Source of the DNA: Patescibacteria group bacterium
GTDB lineage: Bacteria; Patescibacteriota; Saccharimonadia; CAILAD01; BJGX01
Direction: 5' to 3'
Assembly (NCBI GenBank): GCA_009691555.1
Contig: SICB01000001.1
Location: 1 to 42,074, forward strand
DNA length: 42,074 nt
Both the position numbers and the translations under genes were made by a program. The notes under the pieces are model-generated. The model worked only from the letters and a program-made list of their open reading frames with translations. It searched no databases and had not been told where the DNA came from. The number at the start of each line of letters is the position of its first letter. Positions within the stretch are counted from its first letter, which is position 1. This document shows, in pieces, positions 1 through 6,997 of this stretch.

Positions 1-700
1 CCTAGTAGGCCGAACTCTAATGATTCGAATCTTAGATTTGGACCGCAAAGAGAGCAAGCTGATTGTTTCCGAAAAAGAAGCCCAGCGCGAATTTACCGAA
101 GGCAAGATTGCCGCTTTTAAGGTTGGTGATACCATCAAGGGCATCGTGACTGGTGTGGTTGATTTTGGGGTTTTTGTAAATATCGACGGCATCGAGGGCT
201 TGGTGCATATTTCTGAGATCGCCTGGGATCGAGTCGATAACCCTTCTAAATATGTTAAGGTCGGGCAAGAAGTTGAGGCAATTATTATTGCCATCGACCA
301 AGACAAGCTTTCGTTATCGATGAAACAACTCACCGACGACCCTTGGCAAAAAGAAATAGCAAGCTACAAGCTAGGCGACTTCATTGACGGCAAAGTAACT
401 CGCATTACACCGTTTGGTGCATTTGTAGAAATTACCCCAGTCATCGAGGCGCTGGTGCATATCTCGGAGCTATCGGACGACCACATTACCGACCCTAGCG
501 CTCTAGTAAAAGTTGGTGAAACTAAAAAGTTTCGGGTTATTGCAATCGACATTGACCAACACAAACTATCGTTGAGTCTCAAGACTGGCAGTAAAGAGCC
601 AGCCGCCAAGCCAGCCAAGCCAGCCGCCAAGCCAGCAGTAGAAACAGCCGAGGCAGAACCAAAAAAAGCCAAAGCCGATAAGAAAACCGAGAAAGAATAA
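1..700 (+). CDS. rpsA: S1 RNA-binding domain protein (30S ribosomal protein S1-like); 5' end lies outside the window
   Basis: The frame is open from the window edge, with no stop before the ATG at 20. Two tandem S1/OB motifs are present (GIVTGVVDFGVFVNIDGIEGLVHISE and GKVTRITPFGAFVEI..ALVHISEL). The C-terminal tail is Lys/Ala/Pro-rich (AAKPAKPAAKPA...KKAKADKK). Confidence 0.8.
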   Translation, partial: LVGRTLMIRILDLDRKESKLIVSEKEAQREFTEGKIAAFKVGDTIKGIVTGVVDFGVFVNIDGIEGLVHISEIAWDRVDNPSKYVKVGQEVEAIIIAIDQDKLSLSMKQLTDDPWQKEIASYKLGDFIDGKVTRITPFGAFVEITPVIEALVHISELSDDHITDPSALVKVGETKKFRVIAIDIDQHKLSLSLKTGSKEPAAKPAKPAAKPAVETAEAEPKKAKADKKTEKE

Positions 701-706
701 CCCCCA

Positions 707-955
707 ATGGTAACTGCGCAATCACATACTCCGATTCGCAGTCGCGAGGGGCGTCATACCCCAATCCGTAGTTGTAAGGGTTGTCGCAAAAAGCAGGCTA
801 AGGGCCAGCTTCAGCGCTGGGTTTTGCAAGACGGCCAGCCGGCCCTCGATGAAAAACAGAATATCTCGAGTCGTGGGGTCTATGTTTGCTCGGACAGTTG
901 CTATAATAGTATCAAAGGCCATTTGCCCCAAATAATTAATAGGAGACGCTCATGA
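707..955 (+). CDS. ylxR: YlxR/DUF448 family RNA-binding protein
   Basis: Shows the signature R-S-C-x-G-C-R-x-K...L-x-R-x-V...D......RGVYVC....C. It lies directly upstream of infB with an ATGA stop/start overlap, which is the classic nusA-ylxR-infB position, but here without nusA. Confidence 0.7.
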   Translation: MVTAQSHTPIRSREGRHTPIRSCKGCRKKQAKGQLQRWVLQDGQPALDEKQNISSRGVYVCSDSCYNSIKGHLPQIINRRRS

Positions 956-2706
956 GTGAAGACACAACCAAAGTAGAGGTAGCAGAGGTCATTAGCGTTG
1001 GCGAGTTTGCCGAACTTTTGGGCAAAGGCCCGGCCGCAGTGGTTGGCGAGCTCATGAAAAACGGCGTTATGGCCACCATCAACGAGCAGATCGATTTTGA
1101 CACCGCTCAAATTATTGGTGCTGAGCTTGGCTTTGAGGTTGTACCCAAAGCTGCTGGCAAGGAGCTTAGACCAAACGAAATCGACGAAACCAAGCAAGTA
1201 CCAAGGCCACCAGTCGTGGCGGTCATGGGCCACGTCGATCATGGCAAAACCAGCCTGCTCGACGCCATCCGTAATGCCGAAGTAGCAGCTGGCGAAGCCG
1301 GTGGTATTACTCAGCACATTGGTGCCTACCAAGTCACCAAAAATGATCGAGTGATTACATTTTTAGATACGCCAGGGCACGAAGCTTTTTCGGCCTTGCG
1401 CGAACATGGCGCCAAAATAGCCGACATCGCAATTATTGTAGTAGCCGCCGACGACGGCGTTAAGCCTCAAACTCGCGAGGCTATCGACCACGCCAAGCAA
1501 GCTGGTGTGGCCATCGTGGTGGCGATTAATAAAATCGACAAAGAAGGCGCCGATGTTAATAGAGTCAAGCAAGAGCTCTCGGATGTTGGTATTTTGCCAG
1601 ACGACTGGGGCGGCGATGTGCCGTGTGTCGAGGTCTCGGCCAAAACAGGCGACGGCATAACCAAGCTTCTGGAAGTTGTTTTGCTAGTTGCCGATATCGC
1701 CGAGTCGGTGGCTCGTGTCGATGGCTTTGGCCGGGGCGTAGTGATCGAATCGCACCTCGATACCGGCAAGGGGCCGATTGTTACTTTGCTCATCCAAGAA
1801 GGCATTATTAAACCAGGCGATTGGATTATCGCCGGAGTTAGCTATGGCAAAATCCGAACCATGGAAGACTTTAAGGGTAACAAAATCAAACAGGCCGAGC
1901 CATCTATGCCGGCCGTAGTTTCGGGCCTGAAGTCGCTTCCAGAATTCGGCAACTGGTTCGAGCAAGTCAACACCGAAAAAGAGGCCAAGGATTGGGTCGA
2001 TCGCCAAAGCCGCAAAAAAACCTACAAATCGGTGACATCTATTAAGAGTGTTACAGCCGAGGATATCGCCAACGCTGTAGTCGAGGGTGCCGTCAAGGAG
2101 TTGCCAATAGTCGTCAAGGCCGATGTACAGGGATCGCTCGAGTCGCTAATATCGGCGCTCGACCAAGTTGGTAATGACGAAGTCAGAGTCAAAATAGTGG
2201 CTTCTGGTATCGGTGATATTTCGGAAGGCGATGTGCAGGCTGCCACGGCTGGTAAGGCAATTATTTTGGGCTTTAATGTTAGTATTATCGCCGCCGTCAA
2301 TCAGCAGGCCAAACGCTCGGGCGTAGAATTCCAGCTTTATAAAGTTATCTACGAGCTACTCGACGATACCCGCGAGTGGCTATCTTCGATGCTCGAGCCA
2401 GAAATTATCGAAACCGAGCTAGCCAAGCTCAAAATACTAGGAGTCTTTAAAACCACCAAAGACAAGGTAATTTGTGGCGGTAAGGTTTTGAGCGGCAAGG
2501 TTACCACCGACACCGAAATCAAAATCACCAGAGCCGGCAAGGTTGTTGGTACTGGCAAGCTCAAGAGCCTCCAAAAAGACAAGCAAGAATCCAAAGAAGC
2601 CATCCAAAACGAAGAGTGCGGCCTAGAAGTTGCAACCAACAAGGCAATAGAACTCGGCGACGAGCTGGTGTTTTATACCACCACCTCGCGCGCCCGAAAG
2701 CTCTAA
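952..2706 (+). CDS. infB: Translation initiation factor IF-2, short form (584 aa)
   Basis: GTPase motifs are present: GHVDHGKTSLLD (G1), DTPGHEAF (G3) and NKID (G4). The C-terminal IF2 domains follow. Confidence 0.95.
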   Translation: MSEDTTKVEVAEVISVGEFAELLGKGPAAVVGELMKNGVMATINEQIDFDTAQIIGAELGFEVVPKAAGKELRPNEIDETKQVPRPPVVAVMGHVDHGKTSLLDAIRNAEVAAGEAGGITQHIGAYQVTKNDRVITFLDTPGHEAFSALREHGAKIADIAIIVVAADDGVKPQTREAIDHAKQAGVAIVVAINKIDKEGADVNRVKQELSDVGILPDDWGGDVPCVEVSAKTGDGITKLLEVVLLVADIAESVARVDGFGRGVVIESHLDTGKGPIVTLLIQEGIIKPGDWIIAGVSYGKIRTMEDFKGNKIKQAEPSMPAVVSGLKSLPEFGNWFEQVNTEKEAKDWVDRQSRKKTYKSVTSIKSVTAEDIANAVVEGAVKELPIVVKADVQGSLESLISALDQVGNDEVRVKIVASGIGDISEGDVQAATAGKAIILGFNVSIIAAVNQQAKRSGVEFQLYKVIYELLDDTREWLSSMLEPEIIETELAKLKILGVFKTTKDKVICGGKVLSGKVTTDTEIKITRAGKVVGTGKLKSLQKDKQESKEAIQNEECGLEVATNKAIELGDELVFYTTTSRARKL

Positions 2707-2712
2707 ACTGCC

Positions 2713-3030
2713 ATGAACCTGCGACTCGAAAAGTTCAGCTCGATGATCAAAAAACAACTTGCCCCAATACTGCTCGAGTACCAAATGCCTGGCAGTTCGG
2801 TTAGTGTTAATGGTGTCAAAATCAGCCCCGATTTAAAAATTGCCCATATATATATTTCGGTTTGGGGCAAAGATGCCGAAGCTGTTTTTGAGCTAATCCA
2901 AAAAAACCGCGGTGAAATATCTAAGGCCTTAGCCGGCAAGATCAAATCGAAGTTTTCGCCCAGTTTGAGCTTTCATCTGGATTCGGGCCAGGCCGATAGT
3001 GAGCTGATCGAAGATCTGCTGAAGAAATAA
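2713..3030 (+). CDS. rbfA: Ribosome-binding factor A
   Basis: A 105-aa protein immediately after infB. Size and infB-rbfA synteny fit, and the N-terminal R..K....I...L pattern is typical of RbfA. Confidence 0.75.
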   Translation: MNLRLEKFSSMIKKQLAPILLEYQMPGSSVSVNGVKISPDLKIAHIYISVWGKDAEAVFELIQKNRGEISKALAGKIKSKFSPSLSFHLDSGQADSELIEDLLKK

Positions 3031-3103
3031 TCCGCTCGGCGTGGTAGCCTAGATACTAAAGCTAAGAAAGCTTATTTTAATTATTTCCTAATTATTATCA
3101 ACC

Positions 3104-3149
3104 AATCTCATTAGTCATCACTTTTGCTGCCAAAAGTAATATAAAACCA
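3104..3149. repeat. Hairpin module (H) of the intergenic repeat family, locus A copy 1
   Basis: The sequence aatctcattagTCatcACTTTTGctgcCAAAAGTaatataaaacca has a 7-bp stem (3120-3126 with 3131-3137) and a 4-nt loop. It is near-identical to the modules at 32691-32758 and 33113-33180. Confidence 0.85.
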
Positions 3150-3303
3150 ACCGACTGTGGCTCGCCCCAATAAGCGCCCCAGCCTACCGAACAATCTTTA
3201 TCCAGAATAAACTTGCCCTGAATGTTAACACTTCAGGGCTTCAGACAATCCTGGATAATGATTAGTCCGTTAGCCTGTTGCTTTCTTGGAGCTCGATGTC
3301 GGT
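3150..3303. repeat. 154-nt conserved intergenic core element, copy A (candidate structured RNA or MITE-like element)
   Basis: Same length as 32918-33071, with 8 differences by eye (about 95% identity). Closing inverted repeat is accgac...gtcggt. An internal hairpin lies at 3215-3239 (gccctgaa..ttcagggc), flanked by the inverted pair ttatccag/ctggataa. Confidence 0.85.
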
Positions 3304-3376
3304 GAGGGAAGCGCACCTGCGGCAATAGTTGCTTTTTAATTATTATTAGCTAGTCTCACTAATTATCTCTATTCAG

Positions 3377-3404
3377 ATACCACTTTTGATACCAAAAGTG
3401 GTAT
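3377..3404. repeat. Perfect 12-bp palindromic hairpin, a variant H module (locus A copy 2)
   Basis: ATACCACTTTTG-atac-CAAAAGTGGTAT. It shares the CACTTTTG/CAAAAGTG core with the other H modules and lies about 30 nt upstream of the lnt-like start. Confidence 0.85.
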
Positions 3405-3434
3405 TAAATAAAAAATAATAAAACATAAAAGTGA

Positions 3435-5102
3435 GTGATGCTAGCTTGGTCGTCTAAAGACCACAAAAGAAATCTGGGAGGAGCGCGACTAGGTGCTATA
3501 ATTAAAGAAGCATTAGGAGATTTAATAATCAAACTCAAAGCCCTAGTAAGATTCAAGCACTTCGATTGGCACAGCCTAGCACTAATAATTGCTAGTGGAG
3601 TATTATTATCGCTGCCGTTTGTGCGCTACCAGCTCGGCTGGCTCAGCTTTTTTAGCCTGCTACCGCTACTAGCCCTATTGCAGCGCCTACGAGCGCAAAA
3701 GGCTTCCAGCAAGCGAATTGTGGCGAGTATTTTGCTGGCCGGAGCAATCGATATGTCGATAGTCCTCACCTGGATGTACCAGCTCAATACCGTAGATCTG
3801 CTACAAGACCCACTGACGCGCGCCGTATTTGTGCCTTTCACTCTGGGGCTGATGGTGCTGTTTTTTGCATCGGGGTTTTTGATTTTTGGCTGGCTGGTCG
3901 TAAGGCTCAAAATATCGCTCGACAACAAAAACTCTTTTTTGTTGCTGCCGGCCGCTTGGGTGTTCGGTGAGTTTGCCCGCAGTGTGTTTTTTTCGATTAT
4001 GATGCTAGGCGAGGGCGGAGCTGTCGGTATGCACTGGAACTTCGGTGCGCTGGGGCTGGCAGCTAGTGCCACACCGCTGGTGTATTTTTCAAGGCTTGGC
4101 GGCCTCTTTGGGCTGAGCTTCGTGGTGGTGCTAGCTAATATTGCAATTTTTCAGCTGTGGCGCAGAAAGTTCGTTAAAGTTTCGGTGCTCATCATCGCTA
4201 GCATCGTCATTGCGACTGCGCTAGCGTATTATTTGTACCGTGCGCCATCAAATCCTGCCATCGAGCGGATTGGGTTGGTTCATTTGGGCTCCAACGAAGA
4301 TACCGATTACCAGCAGCCGCTGATCCGATCTATAAAAGACAACGCCAGTGGCAGGCTCGCTACAGTGATATTCCCAGAGTATTCGCACTTGTTTGACGAA
4401 CCCAGATTGCTCGATGAAGATCGCCAAATAGCCCAGCTGCTACTCAAAAATGAAGGAAGCAGAATAATTACCTCCAGGACTATATCTGCAGTAAAGACCG
4501 AGACAAATGCTATTGTAGAACTCGATGTATCGGGCCGGCAAATCAGCGCTCAGGGCAAGACCTTTTTGATACCAGGCGGAGAGTACATACCGTACCTCTA
4601 TAAGGGCATCCTGATTGCCTCCGGCAACTATCGGCTGATAGCCTACCATGAAGGCGAAAAGACAGTCGCTCAGTCCAAAAAACCAATCGAGCCAATCACG
4701 ATTAATGGAGTCAGCTATGGCGTGCTGGCCTGTTCGGGCATTATTGCCCCCGAGTACTATCGGGAGCTCACCAACCGCGGTGCCGAGGTGCTAGTAAACG
4801 CCGCCTCGCTCTCGACGATGGGCATAGGAGCGCAGTTTTTTGACCAGGCCAAGCAAATGGCTCGTTTTCAGGCCGTCGCTAATGCCCGGACACTAGTTCA
4901 GTCGGCCAGAGGTAAGCAATCTTATATAATGAGCCAAAACGGCACCATCCAGATACAAAATGCGTCTGACAGCACTAGCTATATGCAGGGCTCCATACAG
5001 CCCAACAGTACCCGCACTATCTACACCCTGCTCGGCGAATGGACTGTGCTGGCGAGCTTCGTCGGGCTGGTTGTATTTGCTTACATCAATAAAAAAAGCT
5101 AA
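3435..5102 (+). CDS. lnt: Apolipoprotein N-acyltransferase-like protein (polytopic membrane domain plus CN-hydrolase domain)
   Basis: The N-terminal half is multi-TM. The C-terminal nitrilase-type domain shows an E-K-C triad context: VIFPEYS, GKTFLIPGGEYIPY (compare KHHLVPFGEFVP in E. coli Lnt) and VLACSGII. The start is either GTG 3435 or ATG 3438. Confidence 0.75.
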   Translation: MMLAWSSKDHKRNLGGARLGAIIKEALGDLIIKLKALVRFKHFDWHSLALIIASGVLLSLPFVRYQLGWLSFFSLLPLLALLQRLRAQKASSKRIVASILLAGAIDMSIVLTWMYQLNTVDLLQDPLTRAVFVPFTLGLMVLFFASGFLIFGWLVVRLKISLDNKNSFLLLPAAWVFGEFARSVFFSIMMLGEGGAVGMHWNFGALGLAASATPLVYFSRLGGLFGLSFVVVLANIAIFQLWRRKFVKVSVLIIASIVIATALAYYLYRAPSNPAIERIGLVHLGSNEDTDYQQPLIRSIKDNASGRLATVIFPEYSHLFDEPRLLDEDRQIAQLLLKNEGSRIITSRTISAVKTETNAIVELDVSGRQISAQGKTFLIPGGEYIPYLYKGILIASGNYRLIAYHEGEKTVAQSKKPIEPITINGVSYGVLACSGIIAPEYYRELTNRGAEVLVNAASLSTMGIGAQFFDQAKQMARFQAVANARTLVQSARGKQSYIMSQNGTIQIQNASDSTSYMQGSIQPNSTRTIYTLLGEWTVLASFVGLVVFAYINKKS

Positions 5103-5134
5103 CTATTTCGACTCAGGCACCAAAGCAAAAGCAT

Positions 5135-5164
5135 TTGACTTTTAACAAGCATAATAGGTATAGT
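5135..5164 (+). promoter_or_regulatory. Sigma70-like promoter TTGACT-18-TATAGT, 7 nt upstream of the ATG at 5171
   Basis: TTGACT at 5135-5140 and TATAGT at 5159-5164. There is no SD between the -10 box and the ATG, so the mRNA is probably leaderless. Confidence 0.5.
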
Positions 5165-5170
5165 ATAGAT

Positions 5171-5539
5171 ATGAAAAAAGTTTGCTTGCTTGTCGAAGAC
5201 AACGATTTTATCCGCAATATGTATAATCTGAAGCTATCAAAATCCAAGATTGATGTGGTAGAGGCTACCGACGGAGCTATGGCCCTAATAAAAATCAACG
5301 AGCATCAGCCGCAGGTTGTATTGCTAGATTTGATGATGCCAAATGTTAGTGGTATTGAAGTGCTCGAAGAGCTCAAGAAACACAATATAACTCCGGATTT
5401 GCCGGTGGTTGTTTTGACTAACATCATGGACCAAGCCACTATCGACCAAGCCAAGAGCCTTGGCGCGCGCGACTATATCGTAAAGACCGATCTAACCCCA
5501 AGTGAAGTGGTCGATAAGATTGCTCCGTTTTTGAGCTAA
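5171..5539 (+). CDS. Stand-alone response-regulator receiver domain (CheY-like)
   Basis: MKKVCLLVEDNDF has the acidic pair, VLLDLMMP carries the phospho-acceptor Asp, and LTN and DYIVK carry the conserved T and K. There is no output domain. I prefer the ATG at 5171 over the track start at 5135 because the promoter sits inside the extension. Confidence 0.85.
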   Translation: MKKVCLLVEDNDFIRNMYNLKLSKSKIDVVEATDGAMALIKINEHQPQVVLLDLMMPNVSGIEVLEELKKHNITPDLPVVVLTNIMDQATIDQAKSLGARDYIVKTDLTPSEVVDKIAPFLS

Positions 5540-6462
5540 GAACTGCCTAAATACCCATTGATGAAGCTTGCCGCATCCATTGGCGCTTTTCCGGCTGGTT
5601 GGATTGAGAGTATTTGTAGGCTTCCATCGGCGCAGCCGAAATAGAGTTTTTTGCCCTCGGCCTGGAGCTCACCCCGCGCAGCAGCCTGTTTTGAAGCTAG
5701 TGCGCGCAAAATGATGTAGGTGTTGTCTTTTGATACGATATAGCTCTTAGGCCAGCCGGCATAGGCGCGAACTTCGTTTGCCAGCTCGCTAGCTGGCTTA
5801 GCAGAGTCAATGAGCCCATCTTGCTTGGTAGTTTTTGTGGTGTAATTAACAGCCGCTTCGTCTTGCTCGACGGCATCGAGCTGACCCTGTAAGAGCATCT
5901 GAACAGTTTCTGGTAGTAAGGCGCAATTGAGCGCCGATAGCTTTTCGCGCAATTCGGTGGCGTTATAGTCTTTGCAATCGAGCTCGGCCCAAGTCAAGAT
6001 TGGCCCATCGTCTAGGCCGGGCGTAATTTTTATGATGGTTACTCCGGTCGTGACATCGCCGTTAATTAGCGCGGTTCTGATTGGGTCGGCCCCACGGTAT
6101 TTGGGCAGCAAGCTAAAGTGACTATTCAATATGCCATACTCAAAAGTTTCGATAACGTCTTTTGGTATGATCATTCCAAAATCGAGCACCACTGCAATAG
6201 GGCTTTTGATGTCGGTCGAGCCAACTAGCTTACTGATGTCGGCTTTTGAGCTAGGGTTAATAACGCCAATCGAGTTATTCTCGGCCCAGAGTTGGACGGC
6301 GTTTTTGAACATCTTGCCAGCCGAGTTGTGGGCTGGCGGTTTAGTAACAACTAGCTCGATATCAAAAACCTCGCTCAGGCACTGCAGAGCCTCGAGGCTG
6401 GTTTGGCCCGTGCCAAAAAAGACTATCGACACCCTTGGGTTATTTGCGTTTTTTGATATCAT
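5536..6462 (-). CDS. fmt: Methionyl-tRNA formyltransferase
   Basis: FFGTG is present at the N-terminus, along with NSHFSLLPKYRGADPI (compare HPSLLPRYRGAAPI). It sits in the def-fmt operon order. Confidence 0.9.
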   Translation of the reverse strand: MISKNANNPRVSIVFFGTGQTSLEALQCLSEVFDIELVVTKPPAHNSAGKMFKNAVQLWAENNSIGVINPSSKADISKLVGSTDIKSPIAVVLDFGMIIPKDVIETFEYGILNSHFSLLPKYRGADPIRTALINGDVTTGVTIIKITPGLDDGPILTWAELDCKDYNATELREKLSALNCALLPETVQMLLQGQLDAVEQDEAAVNYTTKTTKQDGLIDSAKPASELANEVRAYAGWPKSYIVSKDNTYIILRALASKQAAARGELQAEGKKLYFGCADGSLQILSIQPAGKAPMDAASFINGYLGSS

Positions 6463-6997
6463 CTTTTTTGGCTTGAGCTACTGGCATTAGAGATCCGTTT
6501 TTGTCGATACTAAATAACTGCGAGGAGTCTTTGATGTGGTCTAAGAATATGACGCCGTTCATATGATCGATTTCGTGTTGCAAAACTCTGGCCGGAAAAC
6601 CCTCAACGCTAAGTCGAATTGGTGCGCCGTTGGCGTCTTGGGCTTTGACCTTGACCTTTAGCGGGCGCTTGACCCGACCATAAATACCAGGCACACTCAG
6701 GCAGCCTTCGATGTCGCTAATCATTTCGGTACTAACTTTGACTATTTCGGGGTTCACTAGGGTCGTAAACTCTTTGCTTTTGGGGTCGTCGAAGTCGTTG
6801 CGAACAACGGTCAGCTTGAGAGGCTCACCAACCTGTATGGCCGCCAGGGCCGCACCAAACTCGCTGTCGTGGTCCCAATCTAAGGTGGTGGCGATCATAT
6901 CGTTAGCGAGATTTCGAATAGAGTCGTCGACATAGCCGATCCGTTTGGATTTGCTGCGAAGTATTTTATTGGGTATGGTGATTATTTTTTTTATCAT
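6440..6997 (-). CDS. def: Peptide deformylase
   Basis: All three PDF motifs are present: GAALAAIQVG, EGCLSVPG and QHEIDHMNG. Confidence 0.95.
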   Translation of the reverse strand: MIKKIITIPNKILRSKSKRIGYVDDSIRNLANDMIATTLDWDHDSEFGAALAAIQVGEPLKLTVVRNDFDDPKSKEFTTLVNPEIVKVSTEMISDIEGCLSVPGIYGRVKRPLKVKVKAQDANGAPIRLSVEGFPARVLQHEIDHMNGVIFLDHIKDSSQLFSIDKNGSLMPVAQAKKDDIKKRK

